A DNA stretch of 64,000 nt from Candidatus Peribacteraceae bacterium (GTDB lineage Bacteria; Patescibacteriota; Gracilibacteria; Peribacterales; Peribacteraceae), in NCBI GenBank assembly GCA_028711445.1, contig JAQTSD010000003.1:3329-67328 (forward strand), given 5' to 3'. Made by a program: the position numbers and the translations under genes. The notes beneath the pieces were generated by a model that was not told the origin of the DNA, ran no database searches, and was given only the letters and a program-made list of their open reading frames with translations. Shown piece after piece: positions 54,614 to 64,000 of the stretch. Every line of letters starts with the position of its first letter. Position 1 is the stretch's first letter.

Positions 54614-55837
54614 ATTACGTAACTTGTTGTTGGTTGCCAACACCTCCTCACACAAAAACCTGCCCGTCAGTTCCCCCACGATCCGGTGTCCGAGCGTATT
54701 CCAATGCCCCTTACCGGTGCCATTGAAACTGTGGAGGAATTGTTTACTTTGTTCTGCGTACGGCAGCAGTGGCTTTGTAAGGGGAAGGGCGGGGATTCCG
54801 TGGTCTTTCGCGAAGCGGACGATGCGATCTTCGGTGTACGTGAGGGATGGTGCACCGATGGAAGACGCGAATTGTGCACGAACGGATGGGTCCGGATGGA
54901 CGGAAATCGCTGAGCTGAAGACGATCATGGCGAAGCGCTTGCCGTGTGCGGACACTTCTTGATTCATTTCCAAGATGAGTGCCTCGGTGACCGCCCATGC
55001 ATCGCGCGTGGACGCGTCACTCGGTGGGAGGAACGACCACTCGGGGATGCCGGCTTCACTCCACCCCTCCTGCGCTGCGGGAGTGTTGTCGTGTTTGAAT
55101 GCAATGGGTTTGCCCTCGAAGCGCGCTCTCACGAATCCTTCTGCGGTATGCCAGAGCAAGCTCACGCCCTGGAGGAAGCGGGAGTGGTTGACGACGGATG
55201 CCCACGCGGTCCGGAGCACGGAGCTCTGGCGGATGAACGTCGGGTCACGCAGGAAGCTTAAGTCCTCCGTGAGCGTCGTACCACGTACGGTGAAGTATGG
55301 TCGCAAGAGATCCCCCTCGAGAGTGCTGGAATTGTTGCGGATGTCGTTTCCTGCGAAGAATGCGAGAAGCACGATATCCGGATCGTATAACCAGACGCGG
55401 TTGCGAAGCATGAGCAGCTCTTGGGCGGTGCCGTAGCCTCCCACGCCGAAGTTGATCGACTCGATGGAGAAGTCGCCTTCGCACATGGCGATTTCCTGTC
55501 GCATGACGGACCAGAACGCCTCCGGCAGAGATACCTGGAATGCTTCCGTGAACGAATCCCCGAGTACGGCGATTCGCAGGGTTCCTGCCGGTTTTTGCAG
55601 GGAATGTTCGTCGTCATGCAGTCCTTCACTCGAGATGCGAACGAAGTTCATCCCCTCATCGCGATGCCATCCTTCAGCATGTGGACGAAGGGCGTATCCC
55701 ATAACATTGTCCATGTGGTACCAGGAGGGGGTTGCAATGCGAACAAGTCGCAGGGCAATCTCAATGAAGGCGATCATCATCGCACAAACGGCGACGAGCA
55801 GCGTGATCTTGGCCGCGAGGGGGGCGAAACGGCGCAT
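54599..55837 (-). CDS. SGNH/GDSL-family hydrolase or acyltransferase (AlgX/AlgJ-like), membrane-anchored
   Basis: N-terminal TM, a block I RIAVLGDSFTEA, a block II GVGGYG, and a C-terminal GHWNTLGH. It ends with GVSP-stop inside the repeat. Confidence 0.75.
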   Translation of the reverse strand: MRRFAPLAAKITLLVAVCAMMIAFIEIALRLVRIATPSWYHMDNVMGYALRPHAEGWHRDEGMNFVRISSEGLHDDEHSLQKPAGTLRIAVLGDSFTEAFQVSLPEAFWSVMRQEIAMCEGDFSIESINFGVGGYGTAQELLMLRNRVWLYDPDIVLLAFFAGNDIRNNSSTLEGDLLRPYFTVRGTTLTEDLSFLRDPTFIRQSSVLRTAWASVVNHSRFLQGVSLLWHTAEGFVRARFEGKPIAFKHDNTPAAQEGWSEAGIPEWSFLPPSDASTRDAWAVTEALILEMNQEVSAHGKRFAMIVFSSAISVHPDPSVRAQFASSIGAPSLTYTEDRIVRFAKDHGIPALPLTKPLLPYAEQSKQFLHSFNGTGKGHWNTLGHRIVGELTGRFLCEEVLATNNKLRNGVSP

Positions 55838-55916
55838 GGGGGTCGTTTAAGTCGAGTATACCTGACGATTATTCTCATTGCTTCGGGCAGCGGGGAGTCG
55901 TTACAGTCTCACTGAT

Positions 55917-57191
55917 ATGTTCACGGAAATCCGAAAATGCCGCATTTGCGGCAATACGCAACTCACCTCTCTGCTCGATCTTCATGAGCAGGCGCTTACG
56001 GGTGTCTTCCCTTCCTCTCCTGATCAGAAGGTGGAGACCGCTCCCGTGGAACTGGTGAAGTGCACAGGCAAGGGGACATGCGGTCTCGTGCAACTACGGC
56101 ACAGCGCCGCTCCTTCCGAAATGTATGGGATGAACTACGGGTATCGCTCCGGTCTCAATCAGTCGATGGTGCGGCATTTGCAGGGCATCGCCGATCAGGC
56201 ACTCGCGCTCGTGCACCCGTCTCCGGGCGATCTCATTGTGGATATCGGCAGCAACGATGCAACCCTTCTCAAGTGCTATCACGCCAGCAAGTACACACTC
56301 GTGGGGATCGATCCCACTGGCGTCAAATTCAAGAAGTACTATCCGGAAAACATCCGACTGATCGCCGACTTCTTCTCTGAAGGGCTCTTCCGCCGCGAAT
56401 TTCAAGATGTCCGACCGAAGATCATCACATCGATTGCAATGCTCTACGATCTGGAGGATCCGCAGTCGTTCATCAATGACATCGCGCGGGTCCTCGCGGA
56501 TGACGGCATCTGGATTTTCGAGCAAAGCTACCTGCCGTCCATGCTTGCTGCTTCGGCATACGACACAATCTGTCACGAACATCTCGAGTACTATGCCTTA
56601 GAACAAGTACTCCCAATGCTGAAGAGGGCGGGTCTGCACGCGATCGATGTCACACTCAATGATGCAAATGGCGGAAGCTTCCGTGTGGTTGCCGTGAAGG
56701 AGATGAATCCTGCTGCAGCTGCGCCATCTGTTGCAGGGCAGTGGGCGCGCGAGCGTGAAGAACATCTCGAGGATCTTACTGTCTACATGTGCTTTCGTGA
56801 GCGCGTCGAGCGGCATCGGGACGATCTTCGGGCGTTACTGCATCGTCTCAAAGGAGAAGGGAAAGTCGTCTTCGGACTGGGCGCCTCCACCAAAGGCAAT
56901 GTGCTGCTGCAGTACTGTGGGATCACTGCCGAAGATCTCCCCTTCATCGCGGAAGTGAATGAAGACAAATTCGGGAAATTCACGCCGCGAACGGCTATTC
57001 CCATCCTCCCGCAAGCGGAGGCGGATGCGCGCAAACCCGACTACTACCTTGTGCTTCCATGGCACTTCCGGGCGGGGATCACGAATGGGATGGCAGCGTT
57101 CTTGAAGAGCGGCGGGAAGCTCATCTTCCCGCTCCCGGAGCTCGCCGTCGTCGGTGAGGAGATCCTGCGCGCGTATGCTATTACCGTATGA
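55917..57191 (+). CDS. NDP-sugar C-methyltransferase-like SAM enzyme (zinc-ribbon + Methyltransf 13/14 architecture)
   Basis: N-terminal CRICGN...VKCTGKGTCGLVQL zinc ribbon, a SAM fold (LIVDIGSNDATLL) and a C-terminal C-methyltransferase-like domain (GKVVFGLGASTKGNVLLQY). Confidence 0.7.
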   Translation: MFTEIRKCRICGNTQLTSLLDLHEQALTGVFPSSPDQKVETAPVELVKCTGKGTCGLVQLRHSAAPSEMYGMNYGYRSGLNQSMVRHLQGIADQALALVHPSPGDLIVDIGSNDATLLKCYHASKYTLVGIDPTGVKFKKYYPENIRLIADFFSEGLFRREFQDVRPKIITSIAMLYDLEDPQSFINDIARVLADDGIWIFEQSYLPSMLAASAYDTICHEHLEYYALEQVLPMLKRAGLHAIDVTLNDANGGSFRVVAVKEMNPAAAAPSVAGQWAREREEHLEDLTVYMCFRERVERHRDDLRALLHRLKGEGKVVFGLGASTKGNVLLQYCGITAEDLPFIAEVNEDKFGKFTPRTAIPILPQAEADARKPDYYLVLPWHFRAGITNGMAAFLKSGGKLIFPLPELAVVGEEILRAYAITV

Positions 57192-58066
57192 TCGAGGTAC
57201 ATTACAGCGGCGGGCTGGGAAATGTCCTGTTTCAGTACTGCTTCGGCCGCATCCTTGCCTCACAACTTGGTTACGCCTTGGAGGCGAAGCCCGTTCCCGG
57301 ATTTCCTCATACGTCCGATTGCATCGACGGCCAGCGGTTCCCCGATGGTGAAATCGTGGTCCTCGAAGGACACCAGGCGGATCTCCCCGCACTCCTTGCA
57401 GATAAGCGCAATCGCAAAATCATCGTGAAGGGGTGTTTTCAGCGTTACGAATATTACCACCCTTTCCGCGAGCAGATCCGGATGTGGATGCAGCCGGCGT
57501 GTTCTGCAGAAGCGAAGCCAAATCCGCGTACGATCGCCATGCATGTGCGTCGCGGCGATTACCTGCGCGTCGAGGGGTATCCGCTTCCGTTCTCCTTCTA
57601 CGAAGATGTCTTGAAGCGTGCGGATTTCGACCATCTCGTCATCTGCACAGATGATCCAAGAGATTCTTTCCTTCGAAAGTTTCGGCACCATGATCCCGAG
57701 ATCAAGTCGGGGAACTTGCTGGAGGATTTCTGTTTTCTGAAATCCGCGAAGAAGATTGTCCTCTCACAGAGTACATACTCGTGGTGGGCGGCGTACCTCT
57801 CCGATGCGACGGAAATATATTTCCCCCGCTCACTCACGGGGCCGTTCAGCGCCTCTCGCCCCGACATCGACCTGGAAGTCCGCGAGCCGCGTTATATGTA
57901 CGTGCAGTGCCGGGAGCCGTATACATTCAGTTTTGGTGAACGGATGACACAACTGAAGAAATCCTTCCTGTATCATATCAAGCATCTCTTCGCACTCGTC
58001 ATCCCGGAAGCGTTGCGACAACGGGTGCGTAAAGTGAAGAAGGTTTCCCCCGTGCTCTTCCGATGA
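57188..58066 (+). CDS. Alpha-1,2-fucosyltransferase (GT11)
   Basis: GGLGNVLFQY, IAMHVRRGDY and SQSTYSWWAAYLS are the three GT11 motifs. Confidence 0.85.
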   Translation: MIEVHYSGGLGNVLFQYCFGRILASQLGYALEAKPVPGFPHTSDCIDGQRFPDGEIVVLEGHQADLPALLADKRNRKIIVKGCFQRYEYYHPFREQIRMWMQPACSAEAKPNPRTIAMHVRRGDYLRVEGYPLPFSFYEDVLKRADFDHLVICTDDPRDSFLRKFRHHDPEIKSGNLLEDFCFLKSAKKIVLSQSTYSWWAAYLSDATEIYFPRSLTGPFSASRPDIDLEVREPRYMYVQCREPYTFSFGERMTQLKKSFLYHIKHLFALVIPEALRQRVRKVKKVSPVLFR

Positions 58067-59001
58067 AGAAGAAAGTTCTCATTACTGGCGGTCACGGGAT
58101 GCTTGGGACTCTCGTCAGAGAGAGGCTTTCGGAGCGGGAATGGGTGGGGGAAGTGATCGCACCGAAGAGTACCGAGTGTGATCTCAGAGATCAGGGTGCA
58201 ACGCGCGCACTCTTTTGGGCCGTGAAACCTGCAATCGTTGTTCACTGTGCGGGAAATGTCGGAGGCATCGGCTACGCGAAAGATCATCCCGGGGAGTTTT
58301 TCTACGATAACCTCATGGTGGGGATCAATGCATTACATGTTTCTCATGAGGTGAGTGTGGAGAAGTTCGTCGGGATCGGTTCCGTCTGCGCGTACCCGGA
58401 GTTTGCATCCATTCCTTTGAAAGAGGAAACGCTCTGGGATGGCTATCCCCAGGAGGTGAATGCGCCGTACGGCATCGCGAAGAAGGCGATGCTCGTCGCC
58501 GGGCAGACGTATCGGGAGCAATACGGCTTCCATGCGATTCACCTGCTTCTTGTGAATCTCTACGGTCCGGGTGACAAGTTCGATCCGGTTCGTTCGCACG
58601 TGATCGCCGCGCTCATTCGGAAATTCTCGGAGGCCGTCGAGAGGAACGAAGCCACGGTGACGCTTTGGGGTGATGGCACGCCGACACGCGAATTTCTCTT
58701 CGCGGGGGATGCTGCAGATGCCATCGTTCTTGCCACGGAACGCTACGATGAACCCGCTCCGGTGAACATTGGGTCCGGGCAAGAGATCTCCATCAAGGAT
58801 CTTGCGGTGCTGATTGCACGTGAAACGGGGTACAAGGGGAAGATCGTATGGGACACCTCGAAGCCCAATGGGCAACCCCGTCGCTGTCTTGATACGATGA
58901 AAGCGAAGGAGAAGTTCGGTTTCAAGGCAAATATTTCGCTTCAGGATGGCATCAAACAAACAGTTGTATGGTATCGAAAACACCTTGCGTCGCTTCGTTA
59001 A
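58063..59001 (+). CDS. fcl: GDP-L-fucose synthase
   Basis: KVLITGGHGMLG Rossmann motif, catalytic YGIAKK and NLYGPGDKFD. It has a 4-nt overlap with the GT11 gene. Confidence 0.85.
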   Translation: MKKKVLITGGHGMLGTLVRERLSEREWVGEVIAPKSTECDLRDQGATRALFWAVKPAIVVHCAGNVGGIGYAKDHPGEFFYDNLMVGINALHVSHEVSVEKFVGIGSVCAYPEFASIPLKEETLWDGYPQEVNAPYGIAKKAMLVAGQTYREQYGFHAIHLLLVNLYGPGDKFDPVRSHVIAALIRKFSEAVERNEATVTLWGDGTPTREFLFAGDAADAIVLATERYDEPAPVNIGSGQEISIKDLAVLIARETGYKGKIVWDTSKPNGQPRRCLDTMKAKEKFGFKANISLQDGIKQTVVWYRKHLASLR

Positions 59002-59005
59002 TCTC

Positions 59006-60367
59006 TCACGCTCCTACATCCGTCGTTACGGGGTCGACAATCGATTCGGAGATCTGGGCTATATGTCTGGTGCGTCGCTCAATAATCCACATATTGATGA
59101 AGTGACTCACTTTCGACGAGAGAGTATTGGTGATGTGGTAGAGAATCACGGCGACGATCGCTGGCAGGCTTCTGAAGGTAGTGAGCCATACGATGATGCC
59201 GCAGGTAACCGCGAAGATCTGCGAAGTGATGGCGAAGGCGAGGGCATGGTGGATGCGGTAGTAACTTCCGAAGCCAACGGTGATACCGTCGATGCCTGCG
59301 ATGAGCATGAGCAGGTAGGTAGCTCTCGGTAACGCGAAGGCGGGGCCGTAGAGGAAAGTGAGGCCGGTGTTCCCCAACAACATAAGAGGGATGAGGATCA
59401 CGAAGGTGAGCAGCATGTTGGCAATGTTCCCCTTCCAGAACGCCCACGTCATATTCTTGGTATTCTTCGCGTAGAGATAAGGAAGGACACTGCTCATGAG
59501 ACGTCCAACATTACCTGAGAACATGAAGGCAATATTGATGTAGGAAATGAGGACGCGGAATTGGCCGATGGCCGTCGCCGATCCAAGTAGGCCCAAAAGG
59601 TACGTCGGAACGTAACCGGCGAGCTTCCCCATCTGTTTGTCAGCGGCAATCCACAGGCCGAGGGTGAAACCTTGATGCATCGAACTGGAAGATCCGCGCA
59701 AACTCGGGATGCTCGGCAACATCGAATCACCTTTGAGATAGTAGCGCCAAAGCAGCGGACTCAAGACCGCTTTTACTATCGCTGAGGCGACACGTCCGAG
59801 AACGAGGGCCGTGACGCTCACGTTCCAGAAGAGCATGAGCAGAGGAAGACAGATGTCGAGTGCATTCCAGACGATATCCACAACGGTGAGTGGAATGATT
59901 TTCCGCGCACCTTGGAGCGTGAGGGAGAGCAGATCGTGAATGGGCAGGCAGAAGAGTGTGAGAAGACCCAGCTGCACCCAAAATGCGATATCGTTCTCCG
60001 GAGAAAAGAAGCGAATAACGAACGGAGTGGCGACGAGTAGAAGGAGTGTGACCGGATAGACCCAGAAGAGTGCCACGCGCAGGAAGTAACGCATAACCCC
60101 CGCCACCTCCTCGGGTGATTTCCTTCCGTACGCTTCAGGGAGCAGAGTCGTCACGGAGTAATTCTGGCCAAGATCCGTGAGCATCCCGACGGTACCGATG
60201 ATGGTGAAGGTGAGAGCATAGAGACCGAGCAAGCGGGGACCCATGAGTCGCGCGATGATGATGCTCGAAACAAGCTGCATGCCCATGATCGCGAATGTAC
60301 CGACTTGGAGCGTGGCCACATCGCGGACGAACGGCATGCGGAGATGACGGAAGAGAAAGCTACGCAT
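59006..60367 (-). CDS. Oligosaccharide flippase (Wzx / polysaccharide biosynthesis protein family)
   Basis: ~450 aa with about 12-14 TM segments and a typical MOP-superfamily layout. Start options are 60367, 60337 and 60418. Confidence 0.7.
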   Translation of the reverse strand: MRSFLFRHLRMPFVRDVATLQVGTFAIMGMQLVSSIIIARLMGPRLLGLYALTFTIIGTVGMLTDLGQNYSVTTLLPEAYGRKSPEEVAGVMRYFLRVALFWVYPVTLLLLVATPFVIRFFSPENDIAFWVQLGLLTLFCLPIHDLLSLTLQGARKIIPLTVVDIVWNALDICLPLLMLFWNVSVTALVLGRVASAIVKAVLSPLLWRYYLKGDSMLPSIPSLRGSSSSMHQGFTLGLWIAADKQMGKLAGYVPTYLLGLLGSATAIGQFRVLISYINIAFMFSGNVGRLMSSVLPYLYAKNTKNMTWAFWKGNIANMLLTFVILIPLMLLGNTGLTFLYGPAFALPRATYLLMLIAGIDGITVGFGSYYRIHHALAFAITSQIFAVTCGIIVWLTTFRSLPAIVAVILYHITNTLSSKVSHFINMWIIERRTRHIAQISESIVDPVTTDVGA

Positions 60368-61121
60368 GATCAGGAGCGGGAGAGCGCATCTTTGCCCAAA
60401 GATAACGATCGTTCTCACGGAACGTTTCCACCTGTCGGAATCCCACCTCCATGAGGGTGGATTTTAGTTCTGCGTCCGTGAAACAGGCGCCGTACACGGT
60501 GTCGTATGGACGGAGCCATGGCAGCGGGAGCCATCCGCGCCAGAGTGTCAGCGCCAAATAGAAGGAAGCGAAACCCTTAAACCACACCACGCGTCCGGGG
60601 GGATTCCCGGGAGCACCGCGGACTTGGATCTTCGCCAGCCCCCCAGACTTGAGGACGCGCAGAAGCTCGCAGAAGTATTTTCGAATCACCTCCTTCGAGG
60701 GGATATGCTGAAAGACCATGTAACTGAAGCAGAAATCGATGGAATGATCATGGACGGGCAGCAGGCCGGTGCCGGAAGCGAGGAGGAAATGGGCATTCAT
60801 GATGGAACGGTTCTCCTCCTTGGCGCGGTGAATCATCTCTTCGGAGATATCGATGCCGGTCACGGAGCCGAAGATATCGGCGAGCGCTCGCACGAGACGG
60901 CCGGTGCCGCAGCCGATGTCGAGCGCAGAGAGCGTCTTGGTATGTTCCGGAAAGAGCCCACAACTCTTCAGGTACGGGACGACCAACCGTGCGACATCCT
61001 TCTCCCCCTCACGGTAGTATTCCTCCTTTGTCCATTGTTCCTGTCCGCTCACGACCCAGTAGTAGGCGTTTTCGCGCGCGCGCTCATTCCATTGCCGGCG
61101 CATGCGTTCAGAGACGGTCAT
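60360..61121 (-). CDS. Class I SAM-dependent methyltransferase
   Basis: ALDIGCGTGRL motif I and FCFSYMVFQHIP. The ATG at 61121 forms an ATGA overlap with the upstream GT4 stop. Confidence 0.8.
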   Translation of the reverse strand: MTVSERMRRQWNERARENAYYWVVSGQEQWTKEEYYREGEKDVARLVVPYLKSCGLFPEHTKTLSALDIGCGTGRLVRALADIFGSVTGIDISEEMIHRAKEENRSIMNAHFLLASGTGLLPVHDHSIDFCFSYMVFQHIPSKEVIRKYFCELLRVLKSGGLAKIQVRGAPGNPPGRVVWFKGFASFYLALTLWRGWLPLPWLRPYDTVYGACFTDAELKSTLMEVGFRQVETFRENDRYLWAKMRSPAPDHA

Positions 61122-62257
61122 TGCGGTGAGTGTATCAGTTCGTAGATCTTTTCCGTTTCCTCTGTCATTTTTTGTGCGCCATGTTGCTCCGCCCACTTCC
61201 TGCACGCCTTCGGATCGATGCGGTGCTCATCGAGCACCCAGTGCATGCGCTCCGCGATCATTGCTGCATTGTGCGGGTCGACACGATAACCGCTCACCCC
61301 CTCGGAAATCGCTTCCTCCGCGCCGCTCTCGTTTGGGCCGATAGAGGGGATGCCGTGAGCTGCGGCTTCGAGGTATACCAGGCCGAATCCTTCAAAGGTA
61401 TCGATGGTCGTCAGTGATGGCATGAGGTAGAGGTCCGCCGAGCGGTAGAGATCGGCAAGTCGTTCTTCGGAGACACTGCCGAGGAGAGTGACGCAATCCT
61501 CCAGCTTATGCTCGCAAATGCGCGCTCGCACTGTTTGGACATAGGAATCCTCCTTCGTGCCTTCGCCGACAATCGAGAGCATGAATGGCGAAGAACCGGG
61601 CGCGGAACGGTAGAGCGCACAGGCCTCAAGTGCTTCAAGTATGCCTTTGCGCGGCTTGATCCCGCCTACCAAGAGAATCTGCCGCTGAGCGGAATGTTGC
61701 GCAGCCTGATGTATGTCCTGTGTGAGCTCGATACCATTTTCGATTACATGAGTGCGTTCCGAGAAGGCTGCTGCGGCAGCGGGGCCGTACCACGAACCAA
61801 GCTCGCCTGCCACACGCTCCATTGTGTAGTGGCTTACGGTGATGAAGCGTGCGATGCGGCGGTAGTAACTGCCTGCGATGAGCCGCCACGGCCACGGGAG
61901 GTGGAGCGGACGGATGCCGTAGCTGCCGTGAATGGTGAGAATAGTCTTCTCCCTTACGGACTTTGGCAGGAACGGTACGGTCATGGCATACGGTTCCACG
62001 GTGAAGTGGATGATGTCATGCAGGTGACCTTGGAAGTACCGCCGCAGCGCGAGTGCAGAGAGAAGATTCTTCCAGGGATTGGTGAGGATGGAGAGCGGTG
62101 GCGGCAGAATGGAAACGCCGGCCGTCGCCGTGTCCCCAGCTGCGCAAACGATGTTCACGACATGTCCATGCAAACGGAGAGAACGCGCGAGAGAACGCGT
62201 GTATGCAGCCCAACCGTTTCTGCCGGAGATACTCTCGCAGACCAGTGCAATATTCAC
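61118..62257 (-). CDS. Glycosyltransferase family 4 (GT-B)
   Basis: GGIKPRKG..., a C-terminal MPSLTTIDTFEGFGLVYLEAAAHGIPSIG...EAISEGVSGY. Confidence 0.85.
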   Translation of the reverse strand: MNIALVCESISGRNGWAAYTRSLARSLRLHGHVVNIVCAAGDTATAGVSILPPPLSILTNPWKNLLSALALRRYFQGHLHDIIHFTVEPYAMTVPFLPKSVREKTILTIHGSYGIRPLHLPWPWRLIAGSYYRRIARFITVSHYTMERVAGELGSWYGPAAAAAFSERTHVIENGIELTQDIHQAAQHSAQRQILLVGGIKPRKGILEALEACALYRSAPGSSPFMLSIVGEGTKEDSYVQTVRARICEHKLEDCVTLLGSVSEERLADLYRSADLYLMPSLTTIDTFEGFGLVYLEAAAHGIPSIGPNESGAEEAISEGVSGYRVDPHNAAMIAERMHWVLDEHRIDPKACRKWAEQHGAQKMTEETEKIYELIHSPQ

Positions 62258-62307
62258 AGTAAAACGTTACCTTTTTTGCGGGCGCTAGGGTATCTTTTTC
62301 CGCGTTT

Positions 62308-63360
62308 ATGCCGCGAAAAAGAGCGCTCATTACAGGGATAACCGGACAGGACGGTTCGTATCTGGCCGAACTACTGCTGGAGAAGGGCTATGAAGTCCAC
62401 GGACTGGTACGCCGGTCTTCCACTTTCAACCGCGGGCGGATCGAGCACCTCTTCACCGATGCTCAGGTGGGGTCCAAGGATCTGGTTCTGCACTACGGTG
62501 ATCTGGGGGATTCCAACTCCCTCATCCGTGTTTTGCTCGCTGTTCGTCCCGAGGAGATTTACAACCTCGCGGCGCAGAGTCACGTGGATGTGAGTTTCGA
62601 CATCCCGGAGTACACCGGTGATATCACGGGTCTCGGCACTACGCGCTTACTCGAGGCGTTGCGGTCGAGCGGGCTCCCCGCGCGGTTTTACCAGGCAAGT
62701 TCCAGCGAGCTCTTCGGCAAAGCCGTGGAGACTCCGCAGAACGAACGCACGCCGTTCTACCCGCGCAGCCCCTATGGGTGTGCGAAAGCGTATGCGTTCT
62801 ACCTCACGAGGAACTATCGCGAAGGTTATGGTATGTATGCGGTGAACGGCATCCTCTTCAATCATGAATCGCCGCGGCGCGGCGAGAATTTTGTCACACG
62901 CAAGATCACCCTGAGTCTCGCAAACATCTACACGGGCAAGCAGGAGACGCTGCTTCTCGGCAATCTGGAGGCGCGGCGTGACTGGGGATATGCCAAGGAG
63001 TACGTCGAAGGGATGTGGCGCATGCTCCAACGCGAAACACCCGATGACTTCGTGCTTGCGACCGGCAAAGCTGCTTCCGTCCGCGATTTCCTCGAGCTAT
63101 GTCTTCGGCAGGCCGGTATCCCTTTTGTGCGCAGTGGCGAGGGGAAAGAGGAGAAGTATGTCGACACCAAAACAGGAAAGACGATCGTTGCCATCGATCC
63201 GGAGTACTATCGCCCTGCCGAAGTCGACTATCTCCTCGGCGATCCATCCAAGGCAAGACGGGAGCTTCCGTGGGAGGCCAAGACGCAACTCTCTGAGCTT
63301 GCCCAGCTCATGCTGGAGGCGGATTTCAAGGCGAAGGGAGTGAAGTTGCCGGTGTATTGA
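62308..63360 (+). CDS. gmd: GDP-mannose 4,6-dehydratase
   Basis: [36 protein letters not shown] and [10 protein letters not shown]. Confidence 0.95.
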   Translation: MPRKRALITGITGQDGSYLAELLLEKGYEVHGLVRRSSTFNRGRIEHLFTDAQVGSKDLVLHYGDLGDSNSLIRVLLAVRPEEIYNLAAQSHVDVSFDIPEYTGDITGLGTTRLLEALRSSGLPARFYQASSSELFGKAVETPQNERTPFYPRSPYGCAKAYAFYLTRNYREGYGMYAVNGILFNHESPRRGENFVTRKITLSLANIYTGKQETLLLGNLEARRDWGYAKEYVEGMWRMLQRETPDDFVLATGKAASVRDFLELCLRQAGIPFVRSGEGKEEKYVDTKTGKTIVAIDPEYYRPAEVDYLLGDPSKARRELPWEAKTQLSELAQLMLEADFKAKGVKLPVY

Positions 63361-63431
63361 AAGAAAGAAATGGAAAATTCGATGGGTATTCAGGTCAATT
63401 TTTGCCGCCTTTGTCCGGCGACAAAAGTGGT

Positions 63432-63544
63432 GCCCCGCCCGTACCGAACGTCGGTACATTCGGGCGGGCAAAACGCCGGTGCGCCAAAGCCTCTCCGCCC
63501 GGTTCTGTGCCTCCTCGTCGGCCCGTCCCGCACGTGCGGGACGG
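63432..63544. terminator. Two strong hairpins between the convergent gmd and dehydrogenase genes
   Basis: GCCCCGCCCG-TACCGA-ACG-TCGGTA-CATT-CGGGCGGGC (63432-63469) and the perfect palindrome CCGTCCCGCACGTGCGGGACGG (63523-63544). Confidence 0.5.
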
Positions 63545-63597
63545 AGCAGGACCTTCCTCTTCACCCCCCGCGGCGCGCCATCCCCCAACTAGTTGAT

Positions 63598-64000
63598 TTA
63601 TAGCGCCAGATACTTTCGTCCTGCCAGTTTTTGTGGATCCAACAGGGACTTGAGATCGTAGATCACGCCACCCTCCTTCGTCGCTTGTACGAACGCCTCT
63701 TCTCCAGCGGCGAGATACTCGCGGTGGGGGACGAGGAAGAGAATGGCGTCGTAGGGACCGGAACGAAACGATCCGGGGACGAATTCCAGCGCCTTCATTC
63801 TTTCCTCGTCGAAGGAGGGATCGTGTGCTTCGACGGAGCAGCCGGCTTGTTTCAGCCGTGCAATCACGTCGCCGGACTTGGAGTTGCGGTTGTCCGGCAC
63901 GTTCTCCTTGAAGGTAAGTCCGAGCACGAGGACACGTGCCGACTTCGGCTTCGGCAGCGCATGGAGCACTTCCTCCGCGACAAAGGTTGCCATTGAGTCA
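63598..64000 (-). CDS. UDP-glucose/GDP-mannose dehydrogenase-family protein, C-terminal part (5' end outside window)
   Basis: VLVLGLTFKENVPDNRNSKSGDVIARL... is the UDPG_MGDP_dh C-terminal domain. The frame stays open to the window edge. Confidence 0.8.
   Translation of the reverse strand, partial: DSMATFVAEEVLHALPKPKSARVLVLGLTFKENVPDNRNSKSGDVIARLKQAGCSVEAHDPSFDEERMKALEFVPGSFRSGPYDAILFLVPHREYLAAGEEAFVQATKEGGVIYDLKSLLDPQKLAGRKYLAL

Overview
This is a 64-kb window of about 55 % G+C bacterial DNA with standard stop-codon usage. It is densely coded. The gene content and a divergent 16S rRNA suggest an uncultured, possibly CPR/Patescibacteria-like lineage, but that is inference only.

Layout, left to right:
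- 1-582: the 3' end of an SLH-domain wall-anchored protein.
- 785-9907, minus strand: a 9.1-kb translationally coupled operon of five signal-peptide-bearing, Cys-rich proteins. I recognise no family for any of them; one carries an HExxH motif. This is the best candidate for an undescribed system.
- 10.1-23.9 kb: a housekeeping block with a two-OB-fold SSB, murB, gltX, a cyclophilin, murG, ftsW, a GT2, tsaB, secA, holB and a TPR protein.
- 23.9-25.8 kb: a repeat-built beta-helix-like surface protein.
- 25.8-38.6 kb: a dispersed suf Fe-S cluster (ferredoxin, sufC ... sufB ... sufD). It is interrupted by a HlyD/ATPase/two-FtsX-permease exporter operon that ends in a tiny Cys-rich ORF, and by three orphan genes with near-consensus promoters.
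- 38.6-39.6 kb: a GIY-YIG gene, a palindromic repeat element and an AT-rich islet holding a candidate small RNA and a small membrane ORF.
- 39.7-41.7 kb: a solitary 16S rRNA transcription unit with its own processing stem and terminator, and no tRNA or 23S.
- 41.8-64.0 kb: a glycan biosynthesis and modification cluster of about 22 kb. It has the GDP-fucose pathway, a GT11 fucosyltransferase, GT4s, GT2 plus GT-C, an MBOAT with SGNH partners, a deacetylase, methyltransferases and a Wzx-like flippase.

No CRISPR array, tRNA, transposase, integrase or phage genes were seen. All family assignments come from motif recognition by eye; no searches were run.
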